Shown here piece after piece: positions 25,601 through 33,926 of a stretch of 48,708 bases of DNA. Position 1 is the first letter of the stretch. Each line of letters starts with the position of its first letter. Source of the stretch: Steroidobacteraceae bacterium (GTDB lineage: Bacteria; Pseudomonadota; Gammaproteobacteria; Steroidobacterales; Steroidobacteraceae); assembly GCA_031415935.1 (NCBI GenBank), contig JANOSR010000301.1:1-48708 (forward strand). The letters run 5' to 3'. Position numbers and translations under genes: made by a program. The notes beneath the pieces were generated by a model that saw only the letters and a list, made by a program, of their open reading frames with translations, made no database searches and was not told the origin of the DNA.

Positions 25601-26099
25601 GGATCGCGCCGTGCATGCCTTGCGTGAGGGGCGCGAACCCGACCTGGAGCGCCCGTTGCACGCGGGACCGGAAGTCGATCTGCAACTTCCCGCGTTGTTG
25701 CCGGAAGACTACATGCCGGACGTCCATCTGCGCCTGCAGCTTTACAAGCGCATGGCCGGCGCCCCGGATGCCGCACAACTCGATGACCTGCAGGTGGAAA
25801 TGATCGACCGCTTCGGTCCGCTGCCGCCGCCCGCCCAGACGATGTTCCGCGTGCACCGGCTCAAGCTGCGGGCAGCGAACCTCGGCATCCGCCGGCTCGA
25901 AATCGGCGCGACGGCGGGTGTCGTCGAATTCGCGAGCGAGCATCGCGTCGATCCCGCTCGTGTCATCCGGCTGGTCCAGCAGAGTGACGGGCGCTTTCGA
26001 CTGGACGGTTCGCACCGCTTGCGGATCAGGCTGGCAGGCGCCGATGGCCCGGCTCGCCTGAAGGTCGCTGACGAACTGCTTGCCACCCTCGAGGCTTGA
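22650..26099 (+). CDS. mfd: Transcription-repair coupling factor Mfd
   Basis: 1149 aa. GTG start with GGGGAG RBS. UvrB-homology N-domains, RNAP-interaction domain, SF2 motifs GDVGFGKTE, VVDEEHRFG and the TRG region. Confidence 0.95.
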   Translation: MRENDHRIVLPAASGATRWGELYGSSLAWALVEAAPVSAPILVVAPTGREADRMLAELAFFAGRAQTLLSFPDRETLPYDPFSPHPDIVSQRLHTLAALPELKRGLVVTTRSALLDRLPPREFIDAHAFELRAGERVDLVRLRARLAGAGYAHVTQVLSPGEFAVRGSVLDLYAAGAAQPFRLDLFDDQIESIRSFDPADQRSAERLDIVRLLPAREFPTTPAAVAGFRSRWRERFEGDPQASPVYRAVTQGLAPAGIEAWLPFFFDQTATLAEYLPPAAVIVDTADLEHALPLAWAEVEDRYEQRRHDRERPILPPAEAFATADAISAAFAAHPRVLVTSVKAEPLAALVPIRNFGSEPPPELRADPRAALPAAVFAAFHARFEGRVLLTVDSAGRRELLLELLRRQDLHAVEVADWVGFAAGEQSLAIAVAPDVRGLVLPDRHLALVAEDQLFGERARQERRRRRADRDPEAILRELAALSPGAPVVHEEYGVGRYRGLRVMQVDGNPAEFLVVEYAGGDLLYVPVHALDRVTRYTGGSPEAAPWHKLGTEQWARARRRAAERLRDVAAELLDLYSRRAARQGRAIEFDESDYRAFEAGFPFEETVDQRDAIDAVLADMRAGSPMDRVICGDVGFGKTEVALRASFAAVQGGRQVAVLVPTTLLAQQHAQTFADRFADWPIKVENLSRFRTAVEQREIIAGLASGSVDVVIGTHRLLQRDVEFRDLGLVVVDEEHRFGVTHKERLKQMRADVDMLTLTATPIPRTLNMALGGLRELSLMTTPPAERMAIETFVCEWSDSLVREACLREIRRGGQVYVVHNTIEDIEAFAERLRRLVPEATVRVGHGRMRERDLERLMLDFYHRRFEVLVCTTIIESGIDVPTANTILIDGAERFGLAQLHQLRGRVGRSHHRAWAYLIAPPKAALPADSAKRLEAIEALEDLGAGFTLATQDLEIRGAGELLGEEQSGQIQEIGIGLYLELLDRAVHALREGREPDLERPLHAGPEVDLQLPALLPEDYMPDVHLRLQLYKRMAGAPDAAQLDDLQVEMIDRFGPLPPPAQTMFRVHRLKLRAANLGIRRLEIGATAGVVEFASEHRVDPARVIRLVQQSDGRFRLDGSHRLRIRLAGADGPARLKVADELLATLEA

Positions 26100-26126
26100 G
26101 GGAGCTAGCCGGGACACGGATGCCGA

Positions 26127-27182
26127 TCAGGCGTTTCGCTCGCCCTCGAGATGAAGCTCGGGTCGTTCCAGGCAGCGCCGCGCCGCCGTGACACCCTCTT
26201 GCCAGCGCGGATCGGATGCCAGGGCCTGCGATTCCAGGCCGTCGCGACCATGCAGGCGCGCGAGACGCAAGCCGCCGACCGGATCGACCGTACGCCGCAT
26301 CGCGCCGAGCAGCTGAAGTACGGCGGCGCGATCGTTGCACACCGGCAGCACGTCGCAGCCGGCCGCGAGGGCCTGCTCGGCCCGCGCGGTGATATCGCCG
26401 AATGCCGCCGCACCTCCCATCGAGAGATCGTCCGCGAAGACAGCGCCCTGGAAGCCGAGCTCGCCGCGCAGGACGTCACGGATCCAGTGCGGTGACAGGC
26501 TCGCGGGCATGGCATCCACCCCGGGAAAAACGACATGGGCCGCCATGACAGATGTCAGGCCATTGGCGATCATCCGGCGATACGGCAGCAGGTCGGCAGC
26601 GATGTCGGTCCAGTCGCGTCGGTCCACGGGCACCGATACATGCGAGTCGGCAGCCACCGCGCCGTGCCCCGGAAAATGCTTGGCGGTCGCCGCCATCCCG
26701 GCTTCCCGCATGCCCAGCATGTACGCGACGCCAAGCTCGCCGACGGCTGCCGAATTCACATGCAGGGCGCGATCGCCGATCGCCTGGCTGACGCCATAGT
26801 CGAGGTCCACGCAGGGCGCGAATGACATGTCGATGCCGAGGGCGCGCAGCTCCGCGGCCATCAGCCATCCAAGCCGGCGCGCGAGCGCAAGTCCCTCGCC
26901 CCGATCGCCGCTGTAGCGGCGCCCGACCGCGCGCAGGGAGGGCAAGCGCGTGAATCCCTGCTGGAACCGCTGCACGCGGCCGCCTTCCTGATCCACGGCG
27001 ACCAGCAATGCCGGTGAGCGGATCGCATGGATCTCCGCGACGAGTCGCGAAAGCTGACCGGGGGTTTCGTAGTTGCGGCTGAACAGGATCACGCTGCCGA
27101 CCAGCGGGTGGCCTAGCAATTCGCGCTCGTCAGGCTCGAGCGCGATGCCGTTCAGGTCCACCATGACCGGGCCCAGAGTCAT
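26127..27182 (-). CDS. nagZ: Beta-N-acetylhexosaminidase NagZ (GH3, peptidoglycan recycling)
   Basis: 351 aa from MTLGPVMVDL... Motifs VDQEGGRVQRF and KHFPGHG. ATGA overlap with the rlmD stop. The 717-aa track ORF is a frame run-on. Confidence 0.9.
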   Translation of the reverse strand: MTLGPVMVDLNGIALEPDERELLGHPLVGSVILFSRNYETPGQLSRLVAEIHAIRSPALLVAVDQEGGRVQRFQQGFTRLPSLRAVGRRYSGDRGEGLALARRLGWLMAAELRALGIDMSFAPCVDLDYGVSQAIGDRALHVNSAAVGELGVAYMLGMREAGMAATAKHFPGHGAVAADSHVSVPVDRRDWTDIAADLLPYRRMIANGLTSVMAAHVVFPGVDAMPASLSPHWIRDVLRGELGFQGAVFADDLSMGGAAAFGDITARAEQALAAGCDVLPVCNDRAAVLQLLGAMRRTVDPVGGLRLARLHGRDGLESQALASDPRWQEGVTAARRCLERPELHLEGERNA

Positions 27183-28519
27183 GCCTGGCCTGCCGCCACG
27201 CGCCTGCCGCCGGCCGGCTCGAAAAGGGCGATGGATTCGACGTGCGATGTGTGCGGAAACATGTCCATGATCCCGGCCGCGACGAGCTTGTAGCCATGCT
27301 GCTTCACGAGGACCCCCGCATCGCGGGCGAGCGTTCCCGCGTGGCAGGAAATGTACACGATGCGCCGTGGCCTGCTTGCCACAAGCAGCGGCAACACCTC
27401 GCGGGCACCCGCACGCGGCGGGTCTAGCAGCACCAGGTCGTAGTCGCAACGGGCCCAGGGTGCCTGCGATACGTTGGCGCAAAGGTCCGCAACGTGAAAC
27501 TCGGTGTTGTCGCTGCCATTCTGCAAAGCATTGTCGCGGGCACGCGCGACGAGGCCCGGGTCGCCTTCGACGCCGGTGACGCGGGCCACACGGCGGGCCA
27601 GCGGCAGGCTGAAATTCCCCAGCCCGCAAAAAAGATCCAGCGCCTTGTCGGTCGCCTTGGGTGACAAGAGTTCGAGCGCGCGCTCGATCATCTGGCGGTT
27701 GAGTCCGGCGTTCACCTGGATGAAGTCGGTCGGCGCAAAGCCGATGCCTGCCGGCACGCCGGCTAATTCGTAATGGAGCGGTGTCGCCGGCGGCGAGAGT
27801 GGCACCACAGTGTCCAGACCGCCGGGCTGCAGGTGCAGCTCGACTGCACGCCGCGCCTGGAATTCCCGGAGCTTTGCGAGATCGGCCTCGCTCGGGGGAT
27901 CCAGCACGCGCAAAACGAGCACGATCGCGTTGTCGGCGGCCGCGACTTCGATCTGCGGCAATCGGTCGCGGATGCTGAGCTCGCCGATCAGCCCCGCGAG
28001 TTCCGCGATCAGGCTGCCCACTGGCTCGACCAGGACCTCGCAGTGCTGCAGGTCCGCGAGATAGGGGCTGCCGCGTTCGCGAAAACCAACCAGCACCCTG
28101 CCCTTGGCCACGACGTATTTGCAGCCGAGGCGCGCGCGGCGCCGATAGGACCAGACGGGGCCAGCCAGGGGCGGCAACCAGGTATCGGGGCGCACGCCGC
28201 CGATGCGCTCGAGTTCCTCCGCTACCTGCCGGCCCTTGGCCGTCAGCTGGGCATGGTGCGCGAGATGCTGCAGCGAGCAACCGCCGCAGATGCCGAAATG
28301 CCGGCAGCGCGGGGTGACGCGATCCGGTGATGCTCGCAGCAACTCGACCAGGACGGCTTCGTCATGCCGCCGGCGCCGGTGTGTCCGCCGCAGGCGCACC
28401 TGCTCGCCAGGCAACGCCCCCTCGACAAACACCGCCTTGCCGTCGATCCGGGCTACACCGCGCCCGTCATGATCGAGCGAGCTGATCTCGGCCGTTTCCG
28501 GCTCCTGTGCCGGATTCAA
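27179..28519 (-). CDS. rlmD: 23S rRNA (uracil1939-C5)-methyltransferase RlmD/RumA
   Basis: TRAM domain, 4Fe-4S Cys cluster (CRHFGICGGCSLQH), SAM motif DLFCGLGNF, DPPRAGA, catalytic Cys in YISCHAGT. TTG start overlaps the upstream stop (TTGA). Confidence 0.9.
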   Translation of the reverse strand: MNPAQEPETAEISSLDHDGRGVARIDGKAVFVEGALPGEQVRLRRTHRRRRHDEAVLVELLRASPDRVTPRCRHFGICGGCSLQHLAHHAQLTAKGRQVAEELERIGGVRPDTWLPPLAGPVWSYRRRARLGCKYVVAKGRVLVGFRERGSPYLADLQHCEVLVEPVGSLIAELAGLIGELSIRDRLPQIEVAAADNAIVLVLRVLDPPSEADLAKLREFQARRAVELHLQPGGLDTVVPLSPPATPLHYELAGVPAGIGFAPTDFIQVNAGLNRQMIERALELLSPKATDKALDLFCGLGNFSLPLARRVARVTGVEGDPGLVARARDNALQNGSDNTEFHVADLCANVSQAPWARCDYDLVLLDPPRAGAREVLPLLVASRPRRIVYISCHAGTLARDAGVLVKQHGYKLVAAGIMDMFPHTSHVESIALFEPAGGRRVAAGQA

Positions 28520-29301
28520 TGGGCCTTCCAGGCGGCCTCAAAAGTGCGCCAATGCGCTTCCTTGCGCTCGCCGAGCCAGGATCGTACCCGCGCGAGCTCG
28601 CTGGCATGAATCGCCGGCGTCAGCCGCCCGCGGATCAGTTCGAATCGCAGGTAGATGAGATAGGTGTTCAGCACGTCGGTTTCGCAGTAGTCGCGAATTT
28701 CCGCCAGGCGTCCTTCGCGCCACGCGTCCCAGACCTTGTCGCCACCCATACCGAGCTTGCCGGGCAGCCCCAGGAGCCCCGCGACATGCTCGAGACTTGC
28801 TCGCCCGCGTGGCTGGTAGCCGGACAGCACGTCCATCAGATCGGTGTGCCGCGTGTGATAGCGGCTCAGGTAATTATTCCAGCGGAAGTCGCGGTCCAGC
28901 TCACCGGTATCCCAGTAGGTGGGTGCGGCGATGCCGTGTTTCAGCATCCGGTAGTGCAGGACCGGCAGGTCGAAACCGGACCCATTCCAGGAAACGAGCG
29001 TGGGCCGCAATTTCTCCAGGCCGCCGAAGAACCGACGCAGCAGGTCGTCCTCGGTGCTTTCGAGGCTGCCGATACTCCACACCTGCAGTTCGTCGCCCGT
29101 CCGCAGCGCCGCCGAGATCGCGACGACGCGGTGTTGTTCGAAAGGCAGAAATGACGATCCGGTCTCCCCGGTCCGGCGCGCGAACATCGCTTCGGCGACC
29201 GCCGCGTCGTCAGCCTCGGCGAGGCCCGGCAGGCGGCGGCCCAGCTCGACATCCGGAATGGTCTCGATATCGAAGACCAGGCAATTGAGTGTAGCGGTCA
29301 C
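28516..29301 (-). CDS. Predicted 3'-5' exonuclease related to the PolB exonuclease domain (DEDDy, RNase H-like fold)
   Basis: Exo I FDIET, Exo II SWNGSGFDLPVL, Exo III DYCETD (YxxxD). GTG start overlaps the acpS stop (GTGA). Confidence 0.8.
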   Translation of the reverse strand: MTATLNCLVFDIETIPDVELGRRLPGLAEADDAAVAEAMFARRTGETGSSFLPFEQHRVVAISAALRTGDELQVWSIGSLESTEDDLLRRFFGGLEKLRPTLVSWNGSGFDLPVLHYRMLKHGIAAPTYWDTGELDRDFRWNNYLSRYHTRHTDLMDVLSGYQPRGRASLEHVAGLLGLPGKLGMGGDKVWDAWREGRLAEIRDYCETDVLNTYLIYLRFELIRGRLTPAIHASELARVRSWLGERKEAHWRTFEAAWKAH

Positions 29302-29681
29302 GACTTCTTCATCATCACCGCGACAGCGATCACGAGGCCCGCTTCATCGGTGAGGCTCACGTGGCCAACGCCCGCACCCAGTTTGTCGGCGACCGCCCTG
29401 CCGCGCGCCGAGAACAGGACCTCCGGACGGCCCCAGGCATTGGCGAGGAAACCGACATCCCTGATCCAGACTCCATGACCGAACCCGGTACCGAGCGCCT
29501 TGACGATCGCTTCCTTGGCTGCGAAGCGCATTGCCAGGAAGCGGACAGCCCTGCGACTGGCGTCGAATACGGCACGCTCCTGCGGCAACAGCAGCCGTTC
29601 GACGAAATGAGCGCCGAACCGTTCGTATGCGGCGGCGATGCGCTCGATCCGCACCACGTCCGTGCCAATGCCAAAGATCAT
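29298..29681 (-). CDS. acpS: Holo-ACP synthase (4'-phosphopantetheinyl transferase)
   Basis: [15 protein letters not shown]... [18 protein letters not shown] overlap with the pdxJ stop. Confidence 0.9.
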   Translation of the reverse strand: MIFGIGTDVVRIERIAAAYERFGAHFVERLLLPQERAVFDASRRAVRFLAMRFAAKEAIVKALGTGFGHGVWIRDVGFLANAWGRPEVLFSARGRAVADKLGAGVGHVSLTDEAGLVIAVAVMMKKS

Positions 29682-30415
29682 GCGCCGCGCGCTTCCCGCA
29701 TCAGTCGCTTCATCTCCGCGACCGCCGGGCCAAGGCCCGTCATGACCGCGCGGGCGATGATGGCGTGGCCGATATTGAGTTCCGCCAGTTCCGTTATCGT
29801 CGCCACGGGCTGCACATTGTGGTAGTCGAGCCCGTGCCCGGCATGCGCAATGAGACCGCCGGCGGCTGCATGCCGCGCCGCGGCGCGCAACCGTCCGAAC
29901 TCGCGCGCCAGCTCCGGACCACGCGCTTCCGAATAACTCCCTGTATGCAGCTCGATGACAGGCGCGCCGCTCTGCGCCGCGGCATCCACCTGGGCGAGAT
30001 CCGGGTCGATGAAAAGCGCCACACGGATGCCGGCGGTACGCAGGCGCGTACAGGCCGCCGCGATTATGGCTTGTTGGCCGACGACGTCGAGGCCGCCCTC
30101 GGTGGTCAATTCGCTGCGCCGTTCAGGCACCAGGCAGACATCGGTCGGCAGGACCCGTACCGCGATAGCGAGCATTTCCTCGGTCGCCGCAATCTCCAGG
30201 TTCATGTGCGTCTGCAGTGCCGCGCGCATCGCCTGTACGTCGCGGTCCTGGATGTGTCGACGATCCTCGCGCAGATGCAGTGTGATGCTGTCGGCGCCCC
30301 ACTGCTCCGCCGTCAGTGCCGCCTGCAATGGATCGGGCGAGCGTCCACCGCGGGCCTGCCGCAGCGTCGCGACGTGATCGATATTGACGCCAAGATCGAT
30401 GGATGTCGGGCTCAC
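29678..30415 (-). CDS. pdxJ: Pyridoxine 5'-phosphate synthase
   Basis: [38 protein letters not shown]. The GTG at 30415 overlapping the recO stop (GTGA) is preferred over the longer ATG ORF. Confidence 0.9.
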   Translation of the reverse strand: MSPTSIDLGVNIDHVATLRQARGGRSPDPLQAALTAEQWGADSITLHLREDRRHIQDRDVQAMRAALQTHMNLEIAATEEMLAIAVRVLPTDVCLVPERRSELTTEGGLDVVGQQAIIAAACTRLRTAGIRVALFIDPDLAQVDAAAQSGAPVIELHTGSYSEARGPELAREFGRLRAAARHAAAGGLIAHAGHGLDYHNVQPVATITELAELNIGHAIIARAVMTGLGPAVAEMKRLMREARGA

Positions 30416-31143
30416 GGATCTTGCTCCCGCCGGCGCAATGCCAGCATCACTTCGCGGCTGTGAAGGCCGCGACCCTCGAGACAATGGCCAATCGCGGCGC
30501 GCAGGATCCGCCTGGCGGCTGCGAGCGCGGCAGGCTGATCGAATTCGCCGCAGGACACCGCGAGCATGTCGCAGCCCCGGATTGCATCCGGATCGCCAGC
30601 CGCGTCGCGTACTGCCAGCACGCCACGGCCCGGCTGGAAATGATAGTACCGATCCGGCTCCAATGGCTCGCCGCTCGCGGCATCGCGTGCAAGTTCAAGG
30701 CCGTAACCCAGTTCCTCGAGCAGTATCAGCTCGAAGACCCGCAGTGGCCGGTGGTCAGTGCTGCCTGCCAGTTGGCCGATCGCGTCTGCATAGGCATCGA
30801 ACAGGCGATCATGCCGATCCTCCCTCGGCAGCAGCCGCAGCAGCAGCTCGTTGAGATAGAAGCCACTCATCAATTGCGCGGGAGGAAGTGGGCGGAGCGC
30901 ACCGCCGATCTCCGCCCCTGTCAATGTTCCGCCATCCGCCTGACCGGACCACGAGACGAGCAGCGGTACGAATGGCTGGAGCACGCCACGCAGCGCCGAA
31001 CCCGGTCGGCGCGCGCCGCGCGCGAACAGCGTCACGCGACCATGACTCCTGGTCATCAGTTCGAGGATCCTGCTGGTGTCGCTCCAGGGCCGGTGGTGAA
31101 GCAGGTAGGCCGGCTCTAGCAGCACGCGTCGCGGCGCGTTCAT
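30412..31143 (-). CDS. recO: DNA repair protein RecO
   Basis: 243 aa. N-terminal OB fold pattern [36 protein letters not shown] overlap with the era stop. Confidence 0.9.
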   Translation of the reverse strand: MNAPRRVLLEPAYLLHHRPWSDTSRILELMTRSHGRVTLFARGARRPGSALRGVLQPFVPLLVSWSGQADGGTLTGAEIGGALRPLPPAQLMSGFYLNELLLRLLPREDRHDRLFDAYADAIGQLAGSTDHRPLRVFELILLEELGYGLELARDAASGEPLEPDRYYHFQPGRGVLAVRDAAGDPDAIRGCDMLAVSCGEFDQPAALAAARRILRAAIGHCLEGRGLHSREVMLALRRREQDP

Positions 31144-32045
31144 GGCGGATCATGGCCAAGCCGGCGAAGCATGCCGGCATCGTCGGTCCAGTCTTCACGA
31201 AGCTTGACCCAGGTTGACAAATGCACGCGCCGGCCGAGCAGCTCATTCAGCTCCATTCGCGCGGCGCGTCCGATGGCCTTGAGGCCCTCGCCCTTGGACC
31301 CGATGACGATTTTCCTTTGTCCCTCACGCTCGACCCAGATGATGGCGTCGATCTCGACCCGCCCGTCCGGCGTGTCCTCAAAGCGTTCGATCTCGACCGC
31401 GATGCGGTAAGGCAGCTCGTCGTGGAGCGCGAGCATCAGCTTCTCGCGCACGACTTCCGCCGCCATGAACCGCTCGTTGCGATCCGTCACCTGGTCTTCC
31501 GGATACATCGGCGCCGCTTCCGGCAGGAGCACGACGATCGCGTCCACGAGCCGTGCGAGATTCTCGCCGCGCAAGGCCGAGACCGGTACGATGGCCGCGA
31601 ATGGATGCCGTCCGGAAAGTGTCTCGAGGTAAGGCAGCAGACGCTCCTTCGGCCGCACGCGGTCAATCTTGTTGACCGCAACGACAATCGGTGTGCCGGC
31701 GGCAGCGAGTTGCGCAAGCACCGCATCGTCCTCGGCCGTCCAGCGTGTCGCCGCCGCGATCAGGATCGCCGCATCTGCTGTCGCGATGGCCGCGACCGCC
31801 TCACGATGCATGGCCTGGTTCAGGCGCCTGCCGGCGGGCGCGCCAAAGCCCGGCGTGTCCTGCAGGATCAGCTGGAATCCCGGCCGAGTAATCACCCCGG
31901 CGATGCGCTGACGAGTGGTCTGCGCCTTGGGCGTGACGATACTGAGTTTCTGGCCAACCAGCGCGTTCAGCAGGGTCGACTTGCCGACATTGGGCCGGCC
32001 GGCCAACACGACCGTGCCGCATCGATGCCCGATCGCCGCGCTCAC
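31140..32045 (-). CDS. era: GTPase Era
   Basis: G1 GRPNVGKSTLLN, DTPG, NKID and a C-terminal KH domain. GTG start overlaps the rnc stop. Confidence 0.95.
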   Translation of the reverse strand: MSAAIGHRCGTVVLAGRPNVGKSTLLNALVGQKLSIVTPKAQTTRQRIAGVITRPGFQLILQDTPGFGAPAGRRLNQAMHREAVAAIATADAAILIAAATRWTAEDDAVLAQLAAAGTPIVVAVNKIDRVRPKERLLPYLETLSGRHPFAAIVPVSALRGENLARLVDAIVVLLPEAAPMYPEDQVTDRNERFMAAEVVREKLMLALHDELPYRIAVEIERFEDTPDGRVEIDAIIWVEREGQRKIVIGSKGEGLKAIGRAARMELNELLGRRVHLSTWVKLREDWTDDAGMLRRLGHDPP

Positions 32046-32725
32046 CGCCGCGCCTGCAGCGCCGGATTCCCGAGAACCAGCGACGCAGCCTCCTGCTCCG
32101 CACGCCGGCGGCTGCTACCCTCCGCCTCGGCCGCAATCGCGAGCTCGCCGACATCACAGCGTACCCGGAAGAGCTGCTCATGCGGCTCCCCGGTAATCTC
32201 CATCACCTTGTATTCCGGGAGCCCGAGACCGCGACCCTGCAACCACTCCTGCAGGCGCGTCTTGGGGTCTTTCAGTTCGGAGGCCCCTGGCAGCTCCGCC
32301 AGGCGCCGTTGCAACAGGCGCGCGGCCACCGTGCGTGCCGCATCGAGTCCCTGGTCCAGATAGACGGCGCCGACCAGGGCCTCGAGCGCGTCCGCGAGGA
32401 TCGAGGCGCGCCGCTGGCCGCCCGATTTGAGCTCCCCCTCGCCGAGGCGCAGAAGCTCGCCGAGACCCAGCTCGAGCGCGACCGCGCCAAGCGCATCGCC
32501 GCTGACGAGACTGGCGCGATAACGCGAGAGCTCGCCTTCGCTTGCTTCAGGGTGGGCTTCGAAAAGCAATTCGGCGACGACGAAGGACAGCACGGCATCG
32601 CCGAGATACTCGAGTCGCTCGTTGTTGTCCGCCCCGACGCTGCGGTGCGTCAGGGCGCGAACCAGAAGCCCGGTGTCGGCGAAACTGCAGCCCAGACGTT
32701 CTTGCAGCCAGTCCGCGGGATCCAC
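32042..32725 (-). CDS. rnc: Ribonuclease III
   Basis: Signature ERLEYLGDAVL plus a C-terminal dsRBD. GTG start. Confidence 0.95.
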   Translation of the reverse strand: MDPADWLQERLGCSFADTGLLVRALTHRSVGADNNERLEYLGDAVLSFVVAELLFEAHPEASEGELSRYRASLVSGDALGAVALELGLGELLRLGEGELKSGGQRRASILADALEALVGAVYLDQGLDAARTVAARLLQRRLAELPGASELKDPKTRLQEWLQGRGLGLPEYKVMEITGEPHEQLFRVRCDVGELAIAAEAEGSSRRRAEQEAASLVLGNPALQARR

Positions 32726-32744
32726 GCCTCGCCCGCAGCGCGGC

Positions 32745-33116
32745 TCAGCGCGCGGCGACCTCGACCGTCTTGTCGAATGTCAGCAGGAACGACACGTTGG
32801 AAACGAGCGGCACGGTCGCCTCATAGTTGGCGCGCATGAAGAATGACCCGCCTTCCTTCTTGATCTCGATGTCGTTCTGATCGATGACCGTCACCATTTC
32901 GATGTCGAAGTAGCGCTCGATGGACTTGCGCAACATGAACTCGGTTGACCCCGGGTTCGACGAGAATTCGTCGCTGACCTTCTCGAGTGTCGACGCCACG
33001 CGCACGTATTCGAGATACTTGGGAACCAGCCGGATGCCAGCGTAGACCCAGGCGCCGACCACGATGACGATCACGAGGATGCCGAGGAATGTCATGCCCC
33101 GCTGTCTGTCTTGCAT
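32745..33116 (-). CDS. DUF4845-type small membrane-anchored protein
   Basis: MQDRQRGMTFLGILVIVIVVG... single N-terminal TM. Strong AGGAGG RBS. Conserved slot between lepB and rnc in many non-enteric gammaproteobacteria. Confidence 0.75.
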   Translation of the reverse strand: MQDRQRGMTFLGILVIVIVVGAWVYAGIRLVPKYLEYVRVASTLEKVSDEFSSNPGSTEFMLRKSIERYFDIEMVTVIDQNDIEIKKEGGSFFMRANYEATVPLVSNVSFLLTFDKTVEVAAR

Positions 33117-33127
33117 ATGCTGCCTCC

Positions 33128-33910
33128 TTACCGAATCCCGGTTCCCATGCGTTCCCAAAGCAGGATCGAGCCCGGCTCGGGATTGAATGACAGCCAGATC
33201 GCCTCCGCCTTGCCGATGACGTTCTCTTGCGGCACAAAGCCGACGTCGGGAAAACGGCTGTCACGGCTGTTGTTGCGATTGTCACCCATCATGAAGAAAT
33301 GACCATCCGGCACGCGCCACTCGCCCTCCATGCCGGGTCGCACGGGGTCCAGCATGATGGCGTGCCGCACGCCGTCGAACTGCTCGTCGCCCACCCGCGA
33401 GAACGGATACTGCTCGTTCTTGGGCCCGGAATACAACTCGCCGGGCACGATCTGGGACGGCGTACCGTTCATGTAGATCTGCGAGCCGGCCACGCGAATC
33501 GTGTCGCCGGGCAGTCCGACCAGCCGCTTGATGAATACCAGCGAAGGCTCCGAAGGCTTGCGGAACACGATCACGTCGCCACGCGCCGGTTTGCCTATGC
33601 CGAGCACCTTCCAGTTCGCGACCGGGAGGCGCAAGCCATAACGCCACTTGTTGACGAAAATGAAATCGCCCTGGATCAGCGTCGGCATCATCGAGTCCGA
33701 CGGGATCCGGAATGGCTCGTACAGAAACGAGCGGAGCACGAGGACGATCACGATCACCGGGAAGAACGAGCGCGAGTAGTCGACCAGCAGCGGTTCCTTC
33801 GCATTGCCGCGCGCGACGCGACGCGACGCGAAGATCCAGCGATCCACGCCCCAGACGAGGCCGGTGAACAGCGCCAGCGCCACCAGTACGAACGAAAAAT
33901 CGAACACCAT
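33128..33910 (-). CDS. lepB: Signal peptidase I
   Basis: Boxes IPSDSMMPTL (Ser), GDVIVFR, KRLVGLPGD (Lys), MMGDNRNNSRDSR. Confidence 0.95.
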   Translation of the reverse strand: MVFDFSFVLVALALFTGLVWGVDRWIFASRRVARGNAKEPLLVDYSRSFFPVIVIVLVLRSFLYEPFRIPSDSMMPTLIQGDFIFVNKWRYGLRLPVANWKVLGIGKPARGDVIVFRKPSEPSLVFIKRLVGLPGDTIRVAGSQIYMNGTPSQIVPGELYSGPKNEQYPFSRVGDEQFDGVRHAIMLDPVRPGMEGEWRVPDGHFFMMGDNRNNSRDSRFPDVGFVPQENVIGKAEAIWLSFNPEPGSILLWERMGTGIR

Positions 33911-33926
33911 CGTCAGTCTCCGCGAT

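Noticed and set aside
26127-28280. 717-aa ORF suggesting a giant fusion protein
   Set aside because: Only the C-terminal 351 aa (from MTLGPVM at 27182) are NagZ. The upstream 366 codons are an out-of-frame reading of rlmD (Arg/Pro/Gly-rich nonsense). The rlmD frame carries all the methyltransferase motifs.
27179-29301. Adjacent methyltransferase and nuclease genes as a possible restriction-modification or defence module
   Set aside because: The methyltransferase has the TRAM domain, 4Fe-4S Cys cluster and catalytic Cys of the rRNA m5U methyltransferase RlmD, not DNA methyltransferase motifs. The nuclease is a DEDDy exonuclease, not a restriction endonuclease fold. Both are embedded by 4-nt overlaps in a housekeeping operon, with no compositional break visible by eye.
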